From NCBI RefSeq assembly GCF_058153355.1, contig NZ_CM177019.1: 64,000 bases of DNA; one strand, given 5' to 3'. The stretch's first letter is position 1. Each line of letters begins with the position of its first letter. The translations under genes and the position numbers were made by a program. Of the stretch, positions 44,722-53,465 are shown in pieces. The notes under the pieces are model-generated. The model was not told the DNA's origin. It worked only from the letters and a program-made list of their open reading frames with translations, and searched no databases.

Positions 44722-47211
44722 ATGAAAATCAGCCATCCCATCAGGGATAAAGAAGGCAAAGAGTTTCGCTCACTGGATGAGATAATGCGGCTTATTGACA
44801 AAGAAGCGCACGGAACCTGGCTGCTGGGTGGAAACGGGCTGTGGCACGGCGGGATACATATCAGTGACGTGTCTAATCCGTTATCAGCCCTGAAACCGGA
44901 TACCGCCGCTACCGGAGAACCGGTTCCTCTTCAGTTTATGGCCGATGGCACCATTGCGGCGTACCGGATAAATAATGATTACCTGAAAGGCCCCTACAAA
45001 GGGCAGCAACTCCGTTACAGCAGCACATTTGTTCTGGTGAAATCGCAGTGCCAGCCAGACCCGCAAAAAAAAGAAAGCTGGCTGGAATTTTACTGTCTCT
45101 ATATGCATCTGGCCCCGGTGAACGATTATCCCGGCTCCCCCTGCTATAAAGTTAAAACCGGGCATGGTGGCATATTGCTGCACCGATACATCCCGGGAAA
45201 GAACGGCCTTCCCGAGGGGCAGGAAAGCGGAGATCATGCCACGTACTGGATACCCCCGAAAATCAGCGGAAACAGGACACTTAATGCGGGAGATCGGTTT
45301 GTGTCATCCCGGACCGGACGTTTTTACGTGACCAATAACGGCCAGCCGGTCCTGACGACATTCGGACTGGTTCGCCTGCTGGAAGGCAATAAACCGGGGA
45401 ATGAGCAGTACTGGGTGACCCTGGATCCGGATCTGATGGAGTCAGATGGCGAAATACAGATGCTGATGCCTGAGTGGATGCAGAAGGCGAAGGCAAAAGG
45501 CATTTTTGACTCGGTACAGACGGTCGACGAAACGGAAGAGTGGAAAGTCAGTGCCGGAACACCGGTCGGATTTATGGGATGCGAGGATTATCCTGGCGAG
45601 GGAAGCGGTGAGATTGAGCGCGAGTGGTTCGTCCATCTGGAGGTTCTGAGTACAGACCCGAATATGCCAAAGTTCTTATCCAACCCGGCAGGCGTTAAGG
45701 GAGAAAAACGGACTGTTCTGGCACCAAAAGGGATAATTTTATACACCCGGCAGGCCGTTCCGGGACAGGAGGTATTTACCGCAACCGCAGCCACGCTGGG
45801 TGCTCAGCGCGTTCTTCCGCGGGAAGCCACGACACCAGTCACGGATGAATCGCAGCAGTGGTGGTTTAATATCACCGGAACCGGCTGGCTGCCACAAAAG
45901 GATGTTGAAGAGGCCGGACAGTATGATTTACTGAAGCTGGGTTTTCAACCGCTGGAGGAGAACAGCAGCGGTGACATGACGTACAGCCCGTACGAAGGAT
46001 GGGTGCCGGAAGCGTTTGACTCAATAAGCCGTGCCGCAGAACAGGGAGATGAGTGGCTGTATGAGCAGGTACCGCCCTTTTATCGTGAGCTGATGGCGGG
46101 TATGGATCAGGACGGTGATGGAAAAGTGACGGAGGAAGAGATCAGACAGGCGCTGATCGTGCGTGAACCACTGGTGAGAAATGTGGTGAATCATCTGATA
46201 GTTAAACACCACAGCGAATGGTACGGAGGGCGCTCGACAGGGCGGTGGGAAGGATTTTATAAAGATCTGGATACAGAGGAAGTGGCATACTGTGAGAAGT
46301 GGCAGCTGGATCTGGAGTGGATGAGCGGGGTATCTCCGTTTAATAGTGATGATGCTGTGTGGCATTTTCATCCGGTTGTGTTTTTGGACGCTATTAATTC
46401 CAAATCTGTGTGTGCTTGCAACAGAGATATAACATTAGATGAATTAAAAAAAGTTGCTCCTGCAGTAAGTGAAGGTCTTCTCAAAAGGTACCTCTACGAT
46501 ATAAATGCAGGGTTTATTCGGTTTGGTATGACCACTTGTAGAGAAAAAGCCCATTTTCTTGCTCAAATTATTCACGAGAGCGGTTATTTTAGATATACCA
46601 AAGAAATTAATGGTGAATCAGCTTCATATAGTCCGTGGTATGGCCGAGGCTTAATACAAGTTACAGGCGAAAGTAATTACACCGCCTATGGGGAATATAT
46701 CAATGAGGACGTAACATCTTCAGATTCCGCAAGAGATAAACTCATATCCTCCCCACATTGCGTATTATCTGCGTTTTGGTATTTCAATATATTCAAAAGA
46801 ATAAATGAAGATGCTAAAAATGATGATTTTAATAAAATTACAGTAGTGATTAATGGAGGGTATAATCATTATGATGAACGGTTGTCGATATTTAATAAAT
46901 TGGTTACCTCACTTGCTGCCGAGCATTTAAATCAGAAAGAAATGAACGACGATTTCTTGTTTGATGATAGTGACGTATATGATAATAAAGTATATGCTTT
47001 GGGATGGGGGATATGGCATGATCCTGATAGCTCCCGAAGAGGGACGATCAAGAGTAACGAAGAAGCATTAAAAGGTTATAGAAGGGCGAAAGAATTAATT
47101 GACCTGCATCCGTTTCCTCAGGAAGGGCGTGAGGGTGATAGAAAAGTATATGGAATAGAAAAAAGGAATATATCCACATTTGTAGAGAGACGAATAACTG
47201 AACTGGAGTAA
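44722..47211 (+). CDS. Large T6SS effector: possible M23/LytM-like N-region, EF-hand calcium-binding motif, C-terminal GH19/lysozyme-like peptidoglycan hydrolase domain
   Basis: 829 aa; EF-hand loop DQDGDGKVTEEE (~46102); C-terminal …REKAHFLAQIIHESGYFRYTKEINGESASYSPWYGRGLIQVTGESNYTAYG… (from ~46537) matches the GH19 / 'predicted chitinase' catalytic signature; N-region WHGGIHISDV…ADGTIAAY…YMHL resembles a divergent M23 peptidase (tentative). Confidence 0.7.
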   Translation: MKISHPIRDKEGKEFRSLDEIMRLIDKEAHGTWLLGGNGLWHGGIHISDVSNPLSALKPDTAATGEPVPLQFMADGTIAAYRINNDYLKGPYKGQQLRYSSTFVLVKSQCQPDPQKKESWLEFYCLYMHLAPVNDYPGSPCYKVKTGHGGILLHRYIPGKNGLPEGQESGDHATYWIPPKISGNRTLNAGDRFVSSRTGRFYVTNNGQPVLTTFGLVRLLEGNKPGNEQYWVTLDPDLMESDGEIQMLMPEWMQKAKAKGIFDSVQTVDETEEWKVSAGTPVGFMGCEDYPGEGSGEIEREWFVHLEVLSTDPNMPKFLSNPAGVKGEKRTVLAPKGIILYTRQAVPGQEVFTATAATLGAQRVLPREATTPVTDESQQWWFNITGTGWLPQKDVEEAGQYDLLKLGFQPLEENSSGDMTYSPYEGWVPEAFDSISRAAEQGDEWLYEQVPPFYRELMAGMDQDGDGKVTEEEIRQALIVREPLVRNVVNHLIVKHHSEWYGGRSTGRWEGFYKDLDTEEVAYCEKWQLDLEWMSGVSPFNSDDAVWHFHPVVFLDAINSKSVCACNRDITLDELKKVAPAVSEGLLKRYLYDINAGFIRFGMTTCREKAHFLAQIIHESGYFRYTKEINGESASYSPWYGRGLIQVTGESNYTAYGEYINEDVTSSDSARDKLISSPHCVLSAFWYFNIFKRINEDAKNDDFNKITVVINGGYNHYDERLSIFNKLVTSLAAEHLNQKEMNDDFLFDDSDVYDNKVYALGWGIWHDPDSSRRGTIKSNEEALKGYRRAKELIDLHPFPQEGREGDRKVYGIEKRNISTFVERRITELE

Positions 47212-47216
47212 TTGAT

Positions 47217-47627
47217 ATGAAAGTTAATTTATTGGTTTTACTGTTTTGTTTGGTGCCTTGTTGTTTATTGGCTAAACAACAAACAACGGTAGGCTGTTTT
47301 AGCGCTGGGAAAACAAATTTAAAGTTTGTTGAAATATCGTCTGGCGATATTTTTTTAGGTTATGTGATTTATGAGAAATCCTCAAAATTTATACCTCTTG
47401 CGTTTATAAATAAATTAGAAGTGACTTTCGATGACAGGCCTTCTGAATTTTCTTATGCATGGAGCGAGGTTGTAAATGGAAAAATTAATGGGTTGTATGT
47501 TGTTTCCACACAAGGTGCAAGATTTAATTTGTTTCATTATAAATCAATAAGTGGGAAAACAACTGAGTTTGAAGAAAATATTGAGGCATATAATGATGAT
47601 GGTACTGATTGCAAATGGACTGGATGA
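47217..47627 (+). CDS. Putative periplasmic immunity protein for the lysozyme-like effector
   Basis: 136 aa with N-terminal signal sequence MKVNLLVLLFCLVPCCLLA; begins 5 bp after the effector stop; AT-rich. Confidence 0.45.
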   Translation: MKVNLLVLLFCLVPCCLLAKQQTTVGCFSAGKTNLKFVEISSGDIFLGYVIYEKSSKFIPLAFINKLEVTFDDRPSEFSYAWSEVVNGKINGLYVVSTQGARFNLFHYKSISGKTTEFEENIEAYNDDGTDCKWTG

Positions 47628-47775
47628 CCATTGTGCAGTTTTTTATGAAATCGATGCTGTGTTATTAAAATAATAATGCGACTAGGTTGAATTTGTTTAT
47701 TATTAATTTAAATGTTTTATGATTTTAAGTTAGACATGAATAACTGACTGGAAAATTATTTTTGAGGGATATCGT

Positions 47776-49070
47776 ACAGGCAGGCAGGGAAAGATCACGT
47801 AACGCTGCTTTTTTGTACTATACAATTCGCATTTTATGTTTGAAAATTGAGATATTCCTCATTACCTGAAGCTGTTTTTTATTGCTTATACATGATCAAA
47901 TACTCCTTACATAATTAAGGAGAACAAAATGGTACTTAAAAAATTGATGGAACATATTTCTATTATCCCCGATTACAGACAAGCCTGGAAAGTGGAACAT
48001 AAATTATCGGATATTCTACTGTTGACTATTTGCGCCGTTATTTCGGGTGCAGAAGGCTGGGAAGATATAGAGGATTTTGGGGAAACACATCTCGATTTTT
48101 TGAAGCAATATGGTGATTTTGAAAATGGTATTCCTGTTCACGATACCATTGTCAGAGTTGTATCCTGTATCAGTCCTGCAAAATTTCACGAGTGCTTTAT
48201 TAACTGGATGCGTGACTGCCATTCTTCAGATGATAAAGGCGTCATTGCAATTGATGGAAAAACGCTCCGGCACTCTTATGACAAGAGTCGCCGCAGGGGA
48301 GCGATTCATGTCATTAGTGCGTTCTCAACAATGCACAGTCTGGTCATCGGACAGATCAAGACGGATGAGAAATCCAATGAGATTACAGCTATCCCAGAAC
48401 TTCTTAACATGCTGGATATTAAAGGAAAAATCATCACAACTGATGCGATGGGTTGCCAGAAAGATATTGCAGAGAAGATACAAAAACAGGGAGGTGATTA
48501 TTTATTCGCGGTAAAAGGAAACCAGGGGCGGCTAAATAAAGCCTTTGAGGAAAAATTTCCGCTGAAAGAATTAAATAATCCAGATCATGACAGTTAAGCG
48601 ATTAGTGAAAAGAGTCACGGCAGAGAAAAAATCCGTCTTCATATTGTTTGCGATGTCCCTGATGAACTTATTGATTTCACGTTTGAATGGAAAGGTCTGA
48701 AGAAATTATGCGTGGCAGTCTCCTTTCGGTTAATAATAGCAGAACAAAAGAAAGAGCCAGAAATGACGGTCAGATATTATATCAGTTCTGCTGATTTAAC
48801 CGCAGAGAAGTTCGCCACAGCAATCCGAAACCACTGGCACGTGGAGAATAAGCTGCACTGGCGTCTGGACGTGGTAATGAATGAAGACGACTGCAAAATA
48901 AGAAGAGGAAACGCCGCAGAATTATTTTCAGGGATACGGCACATCGCTATTAATATTTTAACGAATGATAAGGTATTCAAGGCAGGGTTAAGACGTAAGA
49001 TGCGAAAAGCAGCCATGGACAGAAACTATCTCGCGTCAGTCCTTGCGGGGAGCGGGCTTTCGTAATCTTG
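47776..49070 (+). mobile_element. ISAs1-family (H-repeat / ISEc1-like) element inserted into vgrG copy 3
   Basis: ~1.3 kb; contains the H-repeat transposase gene; left-end sequence (gtacaggcagggaaagatcac…) recurs at 51856 and ~53976; right end abuts vgrG sequence beginning mid-gene (…FEVIPADRTW…). Confidence 0.7.
47929..49065 (+). pseudogene. ISAs1-family transposase (H-repeat protein, YhhI-like) with an in-frame TAA at 48595-48597
   Basis: ORFs 47929-48597 and 48712-49065 are in the same frame and both match the H-repeat protein ([58 protein letters not shown]… and …[41 protein letters not shown]…); full span would encode 378 aa. Confidence 0.8.
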
Positions 49071-49074
49071 CCCT

Positions 49075-49900
49075 GGAGGTGATACCGGCGGACAGGACGT
49101 GGCGTCACGCGCCCCTGCCGAAGCCGAAGGTGGACGGCCCGCAGAGTGCCATCGTGACCGGGCCGAAGGGCGAGGAGATATTCTGCGACGAGCATGGCCG
49201 GGTACGGGTGAAGTTTCACTGGGACCGTTATCACGGGATGACGGAGGAGAGTTCATGCTGGATACGGGCGTCGCAGGCATGGGCGGGACCGGGGTTCGGC
49301 AATCTGGCGATACCGCGTGTGGGTCAGGAAGTGATAGTGGACTTTCTGAACGGCGACCCGGACCAGCCCATTGTGACGGGGCGGACATACCATGAGGACA
49401 ACCGTTCACCGGGGGATTTACCGGGCACGCGGACGCAGATGACCATCCGCTCGAAGACCTATAAAGGAAGCGGCTTTAATGAACTGCGTTTCGAGGATGC
49501 GACGGACAGTGAGCAGGTGTATATCCACGCGCAGAAGAACATGGACACGGAGGTGCTTAACGACCGGACGACGGACGTGAAGCATGACCATACGGAGACC
49601 ATCGGTAACGACCAGAAGATAAGGGTGGTGAAGGGGCAGACGGTTGAGGTCGGCACCAGAAAAGAAGGGGGTCACGACCAGAGTATCACGGTGGCGAACG
49701 ACCGGCGCATAACGGTACGTAATGACCAGACGCTGAAGGTGACGAATGACCGGACGGTGAGCGTGAGTCACGATGACGGCCTGTATGTCAGAAACGACCG
49801 TAAAGTGACGGTGGAAGGGAAGCAGGAGCATAAGACGACGGGGAACCATATCAGTCTGGTGGAGGGAACGCACAGTCTGGAGGTGAAGGGCGACCTGGCG
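49075..49900. repeat. Near-identical vgrG 3'-core repeat, copy 3 of 3
   Basis: See copy 1. Confidence 0.8.
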
Positions 49901-51492
49901 AGGAAGATTACCGGTGCGCTGGGAATGAAGGTCCGGGATGAAATCGTACTGGAGAGTGGTGGTAAAATCACCCTGAAGTGGGTGGCTCGTTTGTGGTCGT
50001 TCATTCTGGTGGTGTGGATATTGTCGGACCGAAAATAAATCTGAATTGCGGGCGCAGTCCGGGGACGCCGATAAATACACTACAACCGGCAGTTATGGAC
50101 GCTCTGGCTGACGAGCAGTATGACAGAGGGAATGCTGGCGGCGGGAATGACGGAGAGCCTAGTGATGAGGATGAATCAGAAGGTGGAGAAGAAGACAAGG
50201 ACGATTCAGATGAACTGGTAATTCCTGTATACGCAAAATCTTGTCTGAAGGAGAAAGGCTGCACTGATGCTGGTACGACCATGGAGCCATCGAAACATTT
50301 TGGTGATATGGCTCTATTTGCCCAGCCAGTGGAGGATGACTGTTGCGGCTATGGTACACACTATCATGACGATGAAGTGGAGCAACTTGCGCAGTCAGCA
50401 AAAAAAACCTCAGGAGCGAACTCACTGACGGGGGAAATGACAGTTGCGTCAGCGGGTGTTGCGGTTCCACTAGCGGCGGAACAGTCTGCGGGAGTTTTAA
50501 CTCGCGTATGGGGAACATTAGGGGCATGGGGTGGAGAAGGTTTTTTAAGTGTATCAAAAACGGTGCCAGCCCTTGGTGTCCTAGTATCAGCACTATATCC
50601 AATACCTGCCGGTGAAGGTAGTGATAAAGTTCCTGGACGGGATGAACAGTGGCTCGAAAATGAGCTACGTCGTAAAGCGCAATCTGGAGAGACGGCAGCT
50701 ACGCGGGCGCGCTTTCTCTTTCAGCGGAATACTGCTGGTGAATTGAGGACATACGGATACCACACACCCGCAGGTTCGGAACTTGAAGGTGTTCGGGTAG
50801 CATTGATGGAGTGGAATAAGGAATTTTCCCGTTATGAATTTTCACCTGTGTCTGATTCGGGACCAAAAATATTTTGGACGCCTGCAAAGCCAGAAGGTTC
50901 AGAGCAGCCCATACACACCGGAACTCCTGTCGAACCAGTTGATCTACCTGATATTTATGTTAATCCGATACCCGATGAAAAAACAGATATCACCACGCCG
51001 CCTTCTCCAATGCCGGAGGAGCGAAATTTTAATGACTGGATACTTGTCTTTCCTGACGGTGCGGAATTAACACCAATATATGTGTATCTGAAAACTGCAA
51101 GGGATGTAGCGGGAACAGTAACAGGTAAGGGGGAGGTGTTAGCAGGTACAGGAAGATGGCTGTCGCAGGCGGGGAAAAGCTTAGGAGTGCCAATTCCACA
51201 ACAGGTCGCAAATAAACTTCGGAGTAAGTCATTTAACAATTTTGATGAATTCATGGCAGCTTTCTGGACTGCTGTAGGTGAATGTCCAGAACTATTGAGC
51301 CAATTTAATAAAGCTAACCAAACGTTGATAAAGCGTGGACGCGCACCTTATACTATATCAAGACAAAGAGTTGGGGGGCGAGGTACATTTGAAATTCATC
51401 ATATTGACGAAATCCAATATGGGGGAGAAGTCTATGATATTGATAATCTTAGAGTAAACACACCTAAAAACCACATACGATTGCATAAATAA
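49075..51492 (+). pseudogene. vgrG: vgrG copy 3, 'evolved' VgrG with C-terminal colicin E9/pyocin-type HNH DNase domain; 5'-truncated by ISAs1 and carrying a -1 frameshift near 49976
   Basis: Starts mid-gene at the ISAs1 right end; vgrG frame runs to ~49976 where ctgaagtgggtgg has lost one G relative to copies 1/2 (ctgaaggtgggtgg); downstream frame continues through a linker to …GVPIPQQVANKLRSKSFNNFDEFMAAFWTAVGECPELLSQ…RQRVGGRGTFEIHHIDEIQYGGEVYDIDNLRVNTPKNHIRLHK (~51169-51489), which aligns closely with the colicin E9 DNase domain. Confidence 0.8.
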
Positions 51493-51505
51493 AAAGGAGG
51501 TAGTA

Positions 51506-51778
51506 ATGGAGTTTAAAAATAATCTAGAAGATTATACGGAAGATGAATTTATCGAACTTCTAAATAATTTTTTTGAACCACCTGAGGAATTGCATGGCGA
51601 TAAGTTGTCGAAGTTTATTGATGATCTTGTAAGTCATTTTATTAGAATCACTCAGCACCCAGATGGTAGTGATTTGATATTCTATCCATCTGAAGATAGA
51701 GAAGATAGTCCCCAAGGGATTGTTGATGAGTTAAAACGATGGCGAGCATCGCAGGGGCTAGGATGCTTTAAAATATAA
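51506..51778 (+). CDS. Colicin E9-type DNase immunity protein (Im9-like)
   Basis: 90 aa: MEFKNNLEDYTEDEFIELLNNFF…HFIRITQHPDGSDLIFYPSEDREDSPQGIVDELKRWRASQG aligns along its length with Im9 (MELKHSISDYTEAEFLQLV…[35 protein letters not shown]); strong RBS aaggagg; 13 bp after the DNase stop. Confidence 0.85.
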   Translation: MEFKNNLEDYTEDEFIELLNNFFEPPEELHGDKLSKFIDDLVSHFIRITQHPDGSDLIFYPSEDREDSPQGIVDELKRWRASQGLGCFKI

Positions 51779-51855
51779 TGAAAATAAATACTCATCATAT
51801 TTTATTAAAATGATTGGTGTTTTTGTTATTAACCTTAAACCACTTCCTGAGAAGG

Positions 51856-52301
51856 TGGTACAGGGAAAGATCACCAGAAGTACACTTTTTGTACTAAATA
51901 ATTCGCATTTTATGTTCAATAATTGAGATATTCCTCATTACCTGAGGCTGTTTTTTATTGCTTATACATGATCAAATACTCCTTACATAATTAAGGAGAA
52001 CAAAATGGAACTTAAAAAATTGATGGAACATATTTCTGTTATTCCTGATTACAGACAAGCCTGGAAAGTGGAACATAAATTGTCGGATATTCTACTTTTG
52101 ACTATTTGCTCCGTCATTTCTGGTACAGAAGGCTGGCAAGATATAGAGAATTTTGGGGAAACACATCTCGATTTTTTGAAGCGACATGGTGATTTTTGAA
52201 ATGGTATTCCTGTTCACATACCATTGCCAGAGTTGTATCCTGTATCAGCCCTGCAAAATTTCATGAGTGCTTTATTAAAAGGAAACCAGGGGCGGCTTAA
52301 T
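51856..52301 (+). mobile_element. Degraded ISAs1/H-repeat remnant (left end plus internally deleted transposase fragment) fused to effector sequence
   Basis: Left-end sequence and transposase N-terminus ([58 protein letters not shown]…) present, then a deletion to the internal …KGNQGRLN segment, which joins directly to effector-2-like sequence at ~52302. Confidence 0.6.
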
Positions 52302-53465
52302 ATCACCGGAACCGGCTGGCTGCCACAAAAGGATGTTGAAGAGGCCGGACAGTATGATTTACTGAAGCTGGGTTTTCAACCGCTGGAGGAGAACAGCAGC
52401 GGTGACATGACGTACAGCCCGTACGAAGGATGGGTGCCGGAAGCGTTTGACTCAATAAGCCGTGCCGCAGAACAGGGAGATGAGTGGCTGTATGAGCAGG
52501 TACCGCCCTTTTATCGTGAGCTGATGGCGGGTATGGATCAGGACGGTGATGGAAAAGTGACGGAGGAAGAGATCAGACAGGCGCTGACCGTGCGTGAACC
52601 ACTGGTGAGAAATGTGGTGAATCGTCTGACAGTCAGACACCACAGCGAGTGGTACGGCGGTCGCTCGACGGGACGCTGGGAAGGGTTTTATAAAGATCTG
52701 GACACCGAGGAAGTGGCATACTGTGAAAAGTGGCAGCTGGATCTGGAGTGGATGAGCGGGGTGTCTCCGTTTAATAGTGATGATGCTGTGTGGCATTTTC
52801 ATCCGGTTGTGTTTTTGAATGCTATTAATAATAGCAATTACCCAAAAACTCCTGTGAATAATGAACTTATTCCATTGGAATTTTTACGATTTTATAACGG
52901 AGATACCATTGATGATGCAGACTATGAAAATGCTGCAAGGACACTACAATGCGAAGTGGCTGCAATTAAAGCTGTTGCAAAAACTGAAACTGGTAGTTCC
53001 GGTAGCTATTTTAAATTTGAACAAGAAGATGATTACGTCCCCTCAATTCTTTTTGAAAGACATCATTTCCATCGATATACGAATGGTGTGTATGATTCTC
53101 AACCTGATATTTCCAACAGCCGTTCTGGCGGTTATGGAACACGATCGGAGCAATATCAAAAATTACTTCGTGCATATGTTTTAGATAAGCAAGCTGCGCT
53201 TAAATCGGCATCGTGGGGTAAATTTCAGATATTGGCTTCAAATTACCAAGCTACCGGGTACTCTTCGCCCGAAGAGTTTATAATATCGATTTCAGAGTTA
53301 GAGAAAAACCATCTGGCGGCATTCATTAACTTCATAAAATCTAATCCTGTATTATTGCGTGCTATTAGAGATAAAGATTGGCTTAACTTTGCTCTATGTT
53401 ATAATGGGCAAAGTCAGCGAGGATATGATGACAGAATAAGGGCTAATTATGAGCAATATAGATAG
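52302..53465 (+). CDS. Orphan effector 3' module: conserved effector mid-region fused to a muramidase-like (PF11860/DUF3380-type) C-terminal domain; 5' end replaced by the H-repeat remnant
   Basis: 52302-52817 is ~97% identical to effector-2 45871-46386 (NITGTGWLPQKDVEEAGQYDLLK…EF-hand…VWHFHPVVFL), after which the sequence diverges into …AAIKAVAKTETGSSGSYFKFEQEDDYVPSILFERHHFHRYT…SASWGKFQILASNYQATGYSSPEEFI…NGQSQRGYDDRIRANYEQY, resembling the N-acetylmuramidase family (recalled motif pattern, not searched). Confidence 0.55.
   Translation: MTGTGWLPQKDVEEAGQYDLLKLGFQPLEENSSGDMTYSPYEGWVPEAFDSISRAAEQGDEWLYEQVPPFYRELMAGMDQDGDGKVTEEEIRQALTVREPLVRNVVNRLTVRHHSEWYGGRSTGRWEGFYKDLDTEEVAYCEKWQLDLEWMSGVSPFNSDDAVWHFHPVVFLNAINNSNYPKTPVNNELIPLEFLRFYNGDTIDDADYENAARTLQCEVAAIKAVAKTETGSSGSYFKFEQEDDYVPSILFERHHFHRYTNGVYDSQPDISNSRSGGYGTRSEQYQKLLRAYVLDKQAALKSASWGKFQILASNYQATGYSSPEEFIISISELEKNHLAAFINFIKSNPVLLRAIRDKDWLNFALCYNGQSQRGYDDRIRANYEQYR

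Noticed and set aside
38181-51492. Expectation that the large ORFs after yibF are Rhs core proteins (K-12 has rhsA here)
   Set aside because: No YD-repeat or Rhs core motifs; the N-termini (MSxxGLRFTL…), gp5-like beta-helix repeats and …GPKINLN(G/S)GGSPG ends are diagnostic of VgrG instead.
52005-52199. 64-aa ORF as an independent gene
   Set aside because: It is the N-terminal fragment of a degraded H-repeat transposase (identical to the start of the 47929 ORF) and ends at a premature stop.
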